A stretch of DNA of 64,000 nt from a virus (IMGVR_UViG_3300029935_000001:64001-128000), one strand, 5' to 3'. Positions 21,486-30,078 are shown, counted from the first letter of the stretch. The notes: generated by a model not told the origin, from the letters alone. Translations and numbers: made by a program.

Positions 21486-23306
21486 ATGGCCGCTAAAGTC
21501 AACTACCTAAACAACCGCGATCTTCTTAAAGAGATCCATCTTTCAAAAAACTCGTTCTGCACTTTCCGCGATCCTGTAAACGATCACCAATATGATGTTA
21601 TTGTAGAATCAGTAGCTGATATTCCCAGTTCGATTCCTACTGCGCAGCAAAACCGTGCCGACCGCATTAAACGAGCAACCGGTGAAGTGATAGAGCCATC
21701 GACTATTCCGCACACAGATTTGGTTTTTCGAGTAATCGAGTGGGAGCATATTCCGTTTGCTCCGCCTAAGGCCCCTAAGGCCAAGAAGAAAAAAATTGCC
21801 GAACTGTTTGATTTTGACGAAGAGCTCGACGACGATGAGGATTTTCCTCCTCTCGACGATGTTCACATTCGACTCAACTTTCCACCATTTTACCATTATC
21901 GCTTAAATGCAAGTGGCGAGCCGTTTATTGTGGGCAAGTCACACTGGAAGGGCACGCTCGAAGATGGCGAATTTTGCAGAACACATGGGTCAATTAACAA
22001 CAACTTAGCTCGTATGTTCCTCAAGCTGTGCGAACGCTACGCTACTCGGTCAAACTGGCGAGGGTATTGCGTCGACGACCAAACCGAAGCCCTTACAAAA
22101 CGCGGTTGGCTCGATGAATCTAAAATTACCACTGCTGATGAAATCTTATCGTTTAACGGCAATGAGATGGTCTGGTCGCCAATACGCTCTATTTTCCGAG
22201 ATGTGTATAACGGCAAAATGTTTAAGATGACATCGCGCGGGATCGACGCGCTAATGACCCCAGGGCACAAAATAGTAACCGACAAGGGCTTGACTAAAAT
22301 CGAGCACCTACTCGAGTCTGACCGAATCGTTATCATGGGCAAGGCACCTGAGTCACCCGAGACCGCAATATACAACGACGCGACCGTTGAGCTCGCCGGA
22401 TGGATTGTAACCGAAGGTAATTATCAGCCCAATAAACAAATAGTTACAATTTACCAAAACGAAGGCAGGTATGCTGATCGGATCCGCACCTGTCTAAATA
22501 CCTTAGGGTATGAGTATTCCGAAAGTAAATCGTTAAAATCCGAAAACATAGCCTTCTCAATTCGCCGCAAGCACTGGGGCGAGATCGTAGCATTGCTTCC
22601 AAACAAAAATCTAACCATGGAATTCTTGCTATCACTAACTTCTGCACAAAAAGAGTTGCTGTTATCGACTATGATCGACGGTGACGGGCACCGCGATGGA
22701 CTAAAAATGCGGTACACTCAGAAGAATAAAGAGCATATGAACATGTTCCAAGCTCTGTGCGCGCTAACTGGTCGCAAAGCCAACGTGAAATTCGTAGAGA
22801 ATAAGATGTCATTCGATAAACCAACCTCTTACTACACAGCGACTATCTTTACTGAGCGAGGAAATCATACCCGCGGTTCTTCGGTCGACCTGCACGGCGG
22901 TAAAAACAACGGTCGCAAGTCGCCCGGACAGGGGAAGTTTGCTCACCCTAATTTTCCCACAGTAGACTACACCGGAACTGTTTGGTGTCCCGAGACTGAT
23001 TACGGATGCTTCTTGGCTCGTCGCAATGGCATGCCATACCTAACTGGCAACACCTACAACGAAGAAATGAGAGGCCAAGCATTGCTCCAACTTGCTCAAG
23101 TTGGCTTACAGTTTGACGAATACAAATCACAAAACCCGTTTGCCTACTATACTACGGCTATTAAAAATTCGTTCACTCGCATTGTGAATTTAGAAAAGCG
23201 CAATCAAAACATTCGCGACGACATTCTCGAAATTAATGGTTTGAATCCAAGTTGGAGTCGGCAAAACTCTGCCGCAGGCGGTAGTCATAACTACGATTAT
23301 GACTGA
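21486..23306 (+). CDS. Late-transcription sigma factor (T4 gp55-like) interrupted by an intein; mature protein ~278 aa
   Basis: N-terminal NYLNNRDLLKEI. The spliced junction reads L.ERYATRSNWRGY/TYNEEMRGQALLQL..VGLQFDEYKSQNPFAYYT.AI.NSF.R....EK, a gp55-type core. It lies upstream of gp47/gp46. Confidence 0.8.
   Translation: MAAKVNYLNNRDLLKEIHLSKNSFCTFRDPVNDHQYDVIVESVADIPSSIPTAQQNRADRIKRATGEVIEPSTIPHTDLVFRVIEWEHIPFAPPKAPKAKKKKIAELFDFDEELDDDEDFPPLDDVHIRLNFPPFYHYRLNASGEPFIVGKSHWKGTLEDGEFCRTHGSINNNLARMFLKLCERYATRSNWRGYCVDDQTEALTKRGWLDESKITTADEILSFNGNEMVWSPIRSIFRDVYNGKMFKMTSRGIDALMTPGHKIVTDKGLTKIEHLLESDRIVIMGKAPESPETAIYNDATVELAGWIVTEGNYQPNKQIVTIYQNEGRYADRIRTCLNTLGYEYSESKSLKSENIAFSIRRKHWGEIVALLPNKNLTMEFLLSLTSAQKELLLSTMIDGDGHRDGLKMRYTQKNKEHMNMFQALCALTGRKANVKFVENKMSFDKPTSYYTATIFTERGNHTRGSSVDLHGGKNNGRKSPGQGKFAHPNFPTVDYTGTVWCPETDYGCFLARRNGMPYLTGNTYNEEMRGQALLQLAQVGLQFDEYKSQNPFAYYTTAIKNSFTRIVNLEKRNQNIRDDILEINGLNPSWSRQNSAAGGSHNYDYD
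22068..23051 (+). mobile_element. Intein with LAGLIDADG homing endonuclease, 328 aa
   Basis: Block A CVDDQTEALT, block B TPGH, LAGLIDADG motifs ELAGWIVTEG and LLSTMIDGDG, block F VWCPETDYGCF, C-terminal YLTGN and +1 Thr. Confidence 0.92.
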
Positions 23307-24897
23307 CTTAACTGCGTTGTCTGCGCACAAATACCTAACATTATCTAAGTTAGAGGAAGCTGATACCAATGGCTTACTCACACCTTTCAAAGTGTTAGGT
23401 ATTTCAAACCCACGGCAATTGTTATATCATTACACACAACAATTATTTTCTATCCCACAATGTCCGTGCGGCAATAAGCTTGAGTGGCACGCAGACCGGC
23501 GGCGCTATCGAGCTTATTGCTCTAAAAAATGTACCGCAACCTATTCTCAACAAAAAGCTAAGCTAACTAATATTGAAAAATATGGTGCGTCTCGCTTTTC
23601 ACAGACTGCCGAATTTCGAGACAAAATTAAAAAAACTTCATTACAAAAGTTTGGCACAGAGCACTATAGCCAAACCGCCGAGTGGGTTTCTCGAACTGCT
23701 GCCACAAATCAATATCGCTTCGGAGTTGATCGCCCAGCACAGAATTCAGCCATCGCTGAGCGCACAAAGCAAACAAACATTGCGCGTTATGGTAGCGCGG
23801 CGCCTGCAGGCTCTGCTCAAATTATTCAAAAAATAAAACAAACAAACTTACAAACGCGTGGCGTCGACAACCCCAGCAAAGCTCATTACTCTGCCGACGC
23901 TCTTGAGTTTTTAACTAACCTTGAATTATTCGCTTCAGAGTGTGCTCAGTTATCTGTAGCAGATTTGGCAAACAAATACCAGATATCAGTTAAACCAATA
24001 TACGACCGCATTAACGCGTTAGAACTTTCTATTCCAAAAAACCCGTCGCGGCTTGAAACCGAAATTGCTAGCTACATATCTAGCATATACAACGGCCCAT
24101 TGTCGCAAAACGTTCGACATTTAATTACTCCGTATCAACTTGACTTACTCCTTCCAGACTTGAACATCGGAATTGAGTGTAACGGCAGCTACTGGCACAG
24201 CGAGCTAAACGGCCGTGATCGTTTATACCACATTAACAAAACCAAACGATTAGCCGAAAAAAACATACGCCTTATTCACATTTGGGAACATCAGTGGGCA
24301 AATCAGAGACCTATTGTTGAGTCTATGCTTTCCACTGCGGTCGGGCAGAATCATCGGATTTACGCACGGGACTGCCAAGTTAAAAAAATCTCGCCTGCTG
24401 CTAGCCGGGAGTTTTTATCACAAACCCACCTCCAAGGGTCTGCTGCTGCTACAGTCCACTATGGACTCTTTTGGCAAAACAAGCTTGTTTCGGTGATGTC
24501 ATTTGGGCAAGCCCGGTTTAACAAACAATACCAATGGGAGTTGATACGGTTTGCAAGCAAACTACACACCACTGTTGTTGGAGGGGCTTCTAAATTGTTT
24601 CGCCGTTTTATTCGAGATTTTTCTCCGACTACTGTATTATCGTACTGCGACCTTTCGTTTTCTGCTGGTAACTTATACCAAAAACTCGGGTTTGAATTTT
24701 CTCACAACAGCAACCCTAATTATTTTTACACTGCAAATTACAAAGATTTTTTTTCGCGGCACAAATTTCAAAAACACCGATTAAAAAATCTAATAGAAAA
24801 TTTCAATCCAGCACTATCCGAATGGGAAAATATGAAAGCTAACGGATGGGATAGAATTTGGGATTGCGGCAACGGAGTTTACATTTTTAAATTATGA
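23299..24897 (+). CDS. Free-standing putative homing endonuclease (Cys-rich N-terminus, (K/R)YG repeats, PD-(D/E)XK/Vsr-like nuclease, GNAT/Mom-like C-terminal domain)
   Basis: CPCG...YCSKKC, repeated TN..(K/R)(Y/F)G, QLDLLLPDLNIGIECNGSYWH and WELIRFA...VGGASKL...SYCD. It overlaps both neighbours and is paralogous to 39761..41632. Confidence 0.7.
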   Translation: MTDLTALSAHKYLTLSKLEEADTNGLLTPFKVLGISNPRQLLYHYTQQLFSIPQCPCGNKLEWHADRRRYRAYCSKKCTATYSQQKAKLTNIEKYGASRFSQTAEFRDKIKKTSLQKFGTEHYSQTAEWVSRTAATNQYRFGVDRPAQNSAIAERTKQTNIARYGSAAPAGSAQIIQKIKQTNLQTRGVDNPSKAHYSADALEFLTNLELFASECAQLSVADLANKYQISVKPIYDRINALELSIPKNPSRLETEIASYISSIYNGPLSQNVRHLITPYQLDLLLPDLNIGIECNGSYWHSELNGRDRLYHINKTKRLAEKNIRLIHIWEHQWANQRPIVESMLSTAVGQNHRIYARDCQVKKISPAASREFLSQTHLQGSAAATVHYGLFWQNKLVSVMSFGQARFNKQYQWELIRFASKLHTTVVGGASKLFRRFIRDFSPTTVLSYCDLSFSAGNLYQKLGFEFSHNSNPNYFYTANYKDFFSRHKFQKHRLKNLIENFNPALSEWENMKANGWDRIWDCGNGVYIFKL

Positions 24898-25907
24898 ACC
24901 TTTTTAAGAAAGCAATCGTCTTTACAGACATTCATTACGGGCTGAAAAACAACTCGGTTAGACACAATCAAGACTGCCATGAATTTATCGAATGGGTAGT
25001 AAGATTAGGAAAAGAACAAGGGTGCGACACTTGTTTGTTCCTCGGCGACTACCACAACAACCGAGCCTCAATCAATCTCCATACTATGAATTACGGTGTT
25101 CGTGGTCTCGAGTTACTTGCAAAGAACTTTGACCAGGTGTTTTTCATTCCGGGAAACCATGATTTATACTACCGCGACAAGCGTGACATTCACGGTCTTG
25201 CGTGGGCGCCACATATCCAAAATATCCACATCATCAACGACTGGTTTAAGGAGGGCGATGTTGTCATTGCTCCCTGGCTCATTAACGAAGACCACAAGAA
25301 AATCGCCAGGCAAAAAGGCACCTATATGTTCGGTCACTTTGAGCTGCCGTCATTTATGATGAACGCGCAGGTCGAGATGCCCGATACTGGCGAGGTCCGG
25401 CTCGAGGACTTCCAGCGTTTTGATTCTGTCTTTTCGGGCCACTTCCACATTCGCCAGCGGAAAGGTAATATCCACTATATCGGCAATGCCTTTCCGCATA
25501 ACTACTCCGACGCCGGCGACGATCGTCGCGGTGCTATGATCCTCGAGTGGGGTAAGAAGCCCCAATACTTTACCTGGGACCAGCAACCTACGTATCGTGT
25601 CTTTAAGCTGTCTGAGCTAATTGACCGTCACGAAACTCTACTGAACAAAAACGTCCACGCTCGTGTCCACCTTGACATCGACATTTCATACGAAGAGGCT
25701 TCTTTTATCAAGGAAACATTTGTGTCTAAATACAATGTCCGCGAAATGTCCTTGATTCCAGTCAAGGGCGAAGCAGTAGCGCAGGATTTGGCACCCGGTG
25801 ATATCAAATTCGAATCGGTTGATCAAATCATTCACCAACAGCTAACCGCTATTAACTCTGAGTTTTACGATCCGGCACTACTCCTACAAATCTATCAAAA
25901 TCTATGA
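24894..25907 (+). CDS. Recombination endonuclease subunit, gp47/Mre11/SbcD-like
   Basis: Metallophosphoesterase motifs FTDIHYG, FLGDYH, PGNHD, GHFE and FSGHFH. Confidence 0.93.
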   Translation: MNLFKKAIVFTDIHYGLKNNSVRHNQDCHEFIEWVVRLGKEQGCDTCLFLGDYHNNRASINLHTMNYGVRGLELLAKNFDQVFFIPGNHDLYYRDKRDIHGLAWAPHIQNIHIINDWFKEGDVVIAPWLINEDHKKIARQKGTYMFGHFELPSFMMNAQVEMPDTGEVRLEDFQRFDSVFSGHFHIRQRKGNIHYIGNAFPHNYSDAGDDRRGAMILEWGKKPQYFTWDQQPTYRVFKLSELIDRHETLLNKNVHARVHLDIDISYEEASFIKETFVSKYNVREMSLIPVKGEAVAQDLAPGDIKFESVDQIIHQQLTAINSEFYDPALLLQIYQNL

Positions 25908-27661
25908 TCGTTTTTAAGAACATTACAGCAAAAAATTTCCTGTCTATAGGCAACGCTACCCAAGGAATCAACCTCGATCGTTCTGACCTAACACTTATTT
26001 TAGGCGAGAACCAAGATCTCGGTTCCAATGGTAGTCGTAACGGGGTTGGCAAAACTTCATTACTAAACGCAATCTCATACGCGCTGTACGGCCAGGCGCT
26101 AACTAACATCAAGCAAGATAACCTAATTAACCTAACTAATGCCAAGGGCATGGTGGTTAGCTTAGAGTTTTCTATCAACGGCAAAGAGTATAGAATCGAA
26201 CGTGGTCGCAAGCCTAAGGTATTGAGGTTCTTTATTGATAACAAAGAACAAGAAACCGATGACAACGCACAAGGCGACTCTCGGCAGACCCAAGTTGCAA
26301 TCGAAAACTTACTTGGGATGAGCCACGACATGTTTAAGCACGTTGTTGCCCTTAATACCTACACCGAACCGTTTCTTAGTTTAAAGGCTAACGACCAGCG
26401 AGCGATCATCGAACAGCTTCTTGGCATTACCTTGTTGTCCGAAAAGGCTTTGGCAGTTAAAGAACAAATCAAGCTAACGCGAGATGCCCAGCAGTCTGAG
26501 GAATTTCGGTTAAAAGCTATTCAAGAAGCCAACAAACGTGTAACTGAGCAGATTGATAGCCTGCGACGTCGGCAAACCGTTTGGCAAAACAAAAACGCAC
26601 AAAATATTACCGAGCTCGAAGGCGCGATCCAAGCACTCGAGCATATTGATATTGCAGCCGAAGTAGAATCACATCGTCAACTTGTTGAATGGAACGCTGC
26701 TGTATCCAAGCAAGCCCAAGTTGGGCAAGCACTACAGCGCGAAAAAGACGACTTGGCGCGAGCAGAAAAAGACTTTACTAAGCTTATTCAGGAAATTGAA
26801 CAATTAAAGAACCACACCTGCTACGCGTGCGGTCAAGCGTTTCACGATAGTAAACACGAAGAGGTTTTATCCAACAAAGAAAGTCAAGCTGCTACGCGGA
26901 CCGATTCGATTGCTCGGCACACAGGAACAGTTGCTTTGCTCGAAGCTGAACTCAACGAAGCTGTAATCCCAGGCCCAAAGCCTGATGTCTTTTATAGTAG
27001 CCTCGAAGAAGCATTGGGGCACAAAAATAGTTTAGAAGTATTGCAACGCGACCTCGAAATTGCTAAACGCGAAACCAATCCATATAGCGAGCAAATTGCC
27101 GAGATGGAACATCGGGCTTTGCAGGAAGTCAAATACGACACCATTAATGAACTGTCGCGTATGCTCGATCACCAAGAGTTTTTGCTCAAGCTTCTAACCA
27201 ACAAAGATTCGTTTATCCGTAAAAAGATTATCGATCAAAACCTTAGCTACCTAAACAGCAGACTAACTTATTACCTTGACAAAATTGGGTTGCCGCACGA
27301 AGTGGTATTCCTTAATGACCTTAGTGTTCAAATCACTGATTTGGGCCGCGACTTAGACTTCGACAATTTGTCACGCGGCGAACGCAATCGCTTAATTATT
27401 AGTTTGAGCATGTCGTTCCGCGACGTCTGGGAATCACTTTATCAGCCAATTAACCTACTCCTTGTTGACGAAATGCTTGACTCGGGACTTGATCCGGTAG
27501 GAACCGAAGGCGCAATGGCTATTCTCAAGAAAATGACACGCGAGCGCAAGAAATCGATTTTCTTAGTTACTCACCGCGAAGAGTTTATAAGTCGGGCAGA
27601 AAATGTCTTAATGGTAATCAAGGAAAATGGATTTACAACTTATATCAGTGACCAGCAATAA
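25904..27661 (+). CDS. Recombination ATPase subunit, gp46/Rad50/SbcC-like
   Basis: KNFLSIGN, Walker A NGVGKT, coiled coil with CYAC zinc hook, signature LSRGE, Walker B LLLVDE and H-loop VTH. Confidence 0.95.
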   Translation: MIVFKNITAKNFLSIGNATQGINLDRSDLTLILGENQDLGSNGSRNGVGKTSLLNAISYALYGQALTNIKQDNLINLTNAKGMVVSLEFSINGKEYRIERGRKPKVLRFFIDNKEQETDDNAQGDSRQTQVAIENLLGMSHDMFKHVVALNTYTEPFLSLKANDQRAIIEQLLGITLLSEKALAVKEQIKLTRDAQQSEEFRLKAIQEANKRVTEQIDSLRRRQTVWQNKNAQNITELEGAIQALEHIDIAAEVESHRQLVEWNAAVSKQAQVGQALQREKDDLARAEKDFTKLIQEIEQLKNHTCYACGQAFHDSKHEEVLSNKESQAATRTDSIARHTGTVALLEAELNEAVIPGPKPDVFYSSLEEALGHKNSLEVLQRDLEIAKRETNPYSEQIAEMEHRALQEVKYDTINELSRMLDHQEFLLKLLTNKDSFIRKKIIDQNLSYLNSRLTYYLDKIGLPHEVVFLNDLSVQITDLGRDLDFDNLSRGERNRLIISLSMSFRDVWESLYQPINLLLVDEMLDSGLDPVGTEGAMAILKKMTRERKKSIFLVTHREEFISRAENVLMVIKENGFTTYISDQQ

Positions 27662-27693
27662 TTAGTAGGATATGTAGGTACATAAATACCTAC

Positions 27694-27777
27694 ATGCCAA
27701 GTAAATCAAAAACCAAAGGGTTGGGGTGGGAGCTCGAAGTAGCTAAGTTCCTACCAGGCTGTTATCACTCTGCATAA
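27694..27777 (+). pseudogene. 27-codon 5' stub resembling the N-terminus of an Hjc-type Holliday junction resolvase
   Basis: MPSKSKTKGLGWELEVAKFL matches the S.K.KG..(W/F)E.EVA..L start of Hjc/PD-(D/E)XK resolvases, then reads PGCYHSA and stops. It has its own late promoter at 27683-27688. Confidence 0.55.
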
Positions 27778-27800
27778 ATAAACATAATGCGGAGTTTAAA

Positions 27801-28856
27801 ATGGATTTAGGACACTGGGAGTTTTCTTGTGAGTTTGAGCCGACTGAGTGGTTCGGGTTTGTATATCGTATCATCGACCTCACTACGATGCAAGAATACA
27901 TAGGCAAAAAACAATTTTTTTTCACTGTCCGGAAAGTTGTCCGAGGCCGGAAAAACAGAAAAGTTGTCAAAAAAGAATCAGACTGGCGGACCTACACAAG
28001 CTCATCCGCCCATGTCAACGCGGCCATTGAATTAAAAGGCAAAGAAAACTTTCTTTTTAAAATCGAGTCATTGCATAAAACTAAAGGATCATTGTCTTAT
28101 GCCGAAGTCCAAACACAACTATTTGAAGATGTTCTTTGTGCTAAACTTGACGACGGTGTTACCCCCAAGTTTTATAACCGCCAGATCCCCGGTATTAAAT
28201 TTATACCACCAGAAGAGCACAGCGAAGAAACCAGAATCAAAATACAACATTCGTTGAAAACTCGATATGCTTCAAACCCGTATTGGAAGGATCACCTAAC
28301 TGACGAACAAAAAGAAGAGTTCTTGGATAATTTTTACCGAGGTGAAAACCATTATCTATACAGAAAAATGTCCACATTTGAACGGGCTCAGTTTATAGCT
28401 GACACTAAATCTGGCAAAAACAACCCGATGTTTGGGCAAACTCCTTGGAACAAAGGGTTAACATTCGAAGAGATGCACCAAGAGTTTGCCGAAGATGTCC
28501 GGCAAACTCTCCGTGAGAAATGTGTTTCTATGGGGTTTAAAGGACACTCGCACACAGAGGAGCAAAAAGAAGCGTGGCGCTCTGACGAACGACGAATTAA
28601 ACGCGGCGACGCTAACGGAATGTTTGGCAAACCATGCTTTTACAATATGTCAGATGATCGAAAAGCACAATGGGCCGCCAACATTAGCAAAGCATCAAAG
28701 GGCAAACCAAAAAGCGAAGACCATAAACAAAAGATACGGGCGGGACTAACAGGATTGAAAAGAAAGCAAGTAACCTGCCCGCATTGCGGAAAAACCGGCG
28801 GGGTAAACAATATGTTTCGCTATCACTTCGACCGCTGTAAATTTATCCAACATTGA
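27801..28856 (+). CDS. GIY-YIG endonuclease with NUMOD3-like C-terminal repeats (homing endonuclease-like)
   Basis: GFVYRI...EYIGKK, ESDW.TY.SS, FYN; C-terminal GKNNPMFG, HSHTEE, GKPKSEDHKQKI and CPHCGK. TAAATA lies at 27775-27780. Confidence 0.85.
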   Translation: MDLGHWEFSCEFEPTEWFGFVYRIIDLTTMQEYIGKKQFFFTVRKVVRGRKNRKVVKKESDWRTYTSSSAHVNAAIELKGKENFLFKIESLHKTKGSLSYAEVQTQLFEDVLCAKLDDGVTPKFYNRQIPGIKFIPPEEHSEETRIKIQHSLKTRYASNPYWKDHLTDEQKEEFLDNFYRGENHYLYRKMSTFERAQFIADTKSGKNNPMFGQTPWNKGLTFEEMHQEFAEDVRQTLREKCVSMGFKGHSHTEEQKEAWRSDERRIKRGDANGMFGKPCFYNMSDDRKAQWAANISKASKGKPKSEDHKQKIRAGLTGLKRKQVTCPHCGKTGGVNNMFRYHFDRCKFIQH

Positions 28857-28890
28857 AAAATTTTTCTGCGGTGAAAGATTTGTGTAAATA

Positions 28891-29835
28891 ACTGTGTCTA
28901 GCACAATGCGGCCGCGCTGAAGCTTATGGTGACGGGGTGCGTCGCGCCGCTAGACCAGTGAAAAATTCTTCTGAGACCATCTCATATAATTTCTAGGATA
29001 CACCCGATAGCTGCAACTTATGGAAGTAGTGTATCGGTAGTGCGTTTTTGCGTAATTTTCCCTACTCGGGTGGCAAATTAGGCACTCTTCAGCGGTGATG
29101 ACTAGTGACCGTGTCGTAACAGTTAACGGTTAGTCCCGGGACTCGACCAGTGGGTTGAGTGGGTTGTACCAAACTAGCGGAAAATGCTAGCCCTAGCCTT
29201 AAGCAAGCACCTTACGGACTATAAATAGAATTCTGGCTTTGTCTGGCATACGCTGGTATGCCCTCATTGAGCTAGCCGAGGTAGTGCTCGTCGCCAGCGG
29301 ATCTTGAGTGCCAACCCGACATGTTGATGATCTCAGCATGTCCGTTAAGGAGATACGAGAATCTCTAAATGATGTGGGCACTGCTAAAAGTCAACCCACG
29401 CCTTGGCCCTTTCGATTGTGGGGGAGTAAGCCAGGGTCCGCTGTCAGTCAAGTCTGGATGTATGGGGGTACAGGACAACCGCCTCCGCGCAATATGCAGA
29501 GTAATATGCTGCTGAGCAATCGCCTCCCACAATATGGTGTAAGAACTCACATGAAACTGAGCTTCTTTTTCATTTTTGCCCGTTCTGGGCAAAGTATGGC
29601 TGAATCTACATGAACCAGCAGCAGCTTAAATCACTTCGTTAACAAATAATAAAGCGTAACAACAATGTTAACCGTTTCTACAGTGGTTTAATAAAAAGCT
29701 CACGAGTGATGAGTGAGCTGCTAAGCGAAACGAATAAACGAAGTGAGCAAGCGAACTTCGTTCGCTTCTAAACTATCTTCTAAAGTAAAACCACTGTGGT
29801 GTTATTTGCGTCAGGGATTGCGAGCGTAAAATCAA
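28891..29835 (+). ncRNA. Candidate large structured non-coding RNA (family unassigned)
   Basis: About 1 kb with no credible ORF in a gene-dense genome. It starts right after TAAATA (28885-28890), contains many local and long-range helices, and ends at a terminator hairpin. The strand is inferred from the promoter. Confidence 0.55.
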
Positions 29836-29866
29836 AAAAAATAGCACATCCTTTGTGTGCTATTTA
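29833..29866 (-). terminator. Intrinsic terminator of the gp26/gp51 unit, possibly bidirectional
   Basis: AAATAGCACA-TCCTT-TGTGCTATTT inverted repeat preceded by an A-run, which is a U-tract on the minus strand. Confidence 0.7.
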
Positions 29867-30052
29867 GAAATACGGCAATCCAGTTTTCTTCACTACTTCG
29901 TGATTGTCTTTAACAATCTTCCCGATTATTTCCCGTTCCTTTTGGCTTAACCCTAGTGCTACATCGTATGTGACTCCTCCCCGCATGGACCAGGAAACGC
30001 GTAAGCATTCTTCTCGAATTGCCTGGCATTCCCGGTCCATAGTAGAGAACAT
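29864..30052 (-). CDS. gp51-like baseplate hub/tail assembly chaperone; possibly made as the -1 frameshift extension of the upstream gene
   Basis: W.MRGGV.Y..A..LS..ERE.I motif. The frame stays open upstream to the slippery site at 30094-30103. Confidence 0.65.
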   Translation of the reverse strand: MFSTMDRECQAIREECLRVSWSMRGGVTYDVALGLSQKEREIIGKIVKDNHEVVKKTGLPYF

Positions 30053-30078
30053 CTTCTCTACTTGTTCCCTACTTGCAG

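Noticed and set aside
21462-21486. Hairpin TATGTAAG/CTTACATA over the sigma gene ribosome-binding site as a translational switch
   Set aside because: The predicted start site (~21467) falls inside the 5' arm and there is no upstream plus-strand transcript, so the full stem probably does not form.
29199-29613. ORFs of 60-101 aa inside the structured gap
   Set aside because: They overlap on opposite strands, have weak starts and no motifs, and are better explained as chance ORFs.
28885-29835. Group I intron, RNase P RNA or tmRNA as the identity of the structured gap
   Set aside because: GGACTATA (~29216) resembles a P7 strand, but I found no matching AAGATATAGTC-like partner or second exon. 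AGAATTCTGGCTT resembles the RNase P 3' P4 strand, but GAGGAAAGTCC is absent. No tRNA-like ends are present. A covariance-model search is needed to exclude these formally.
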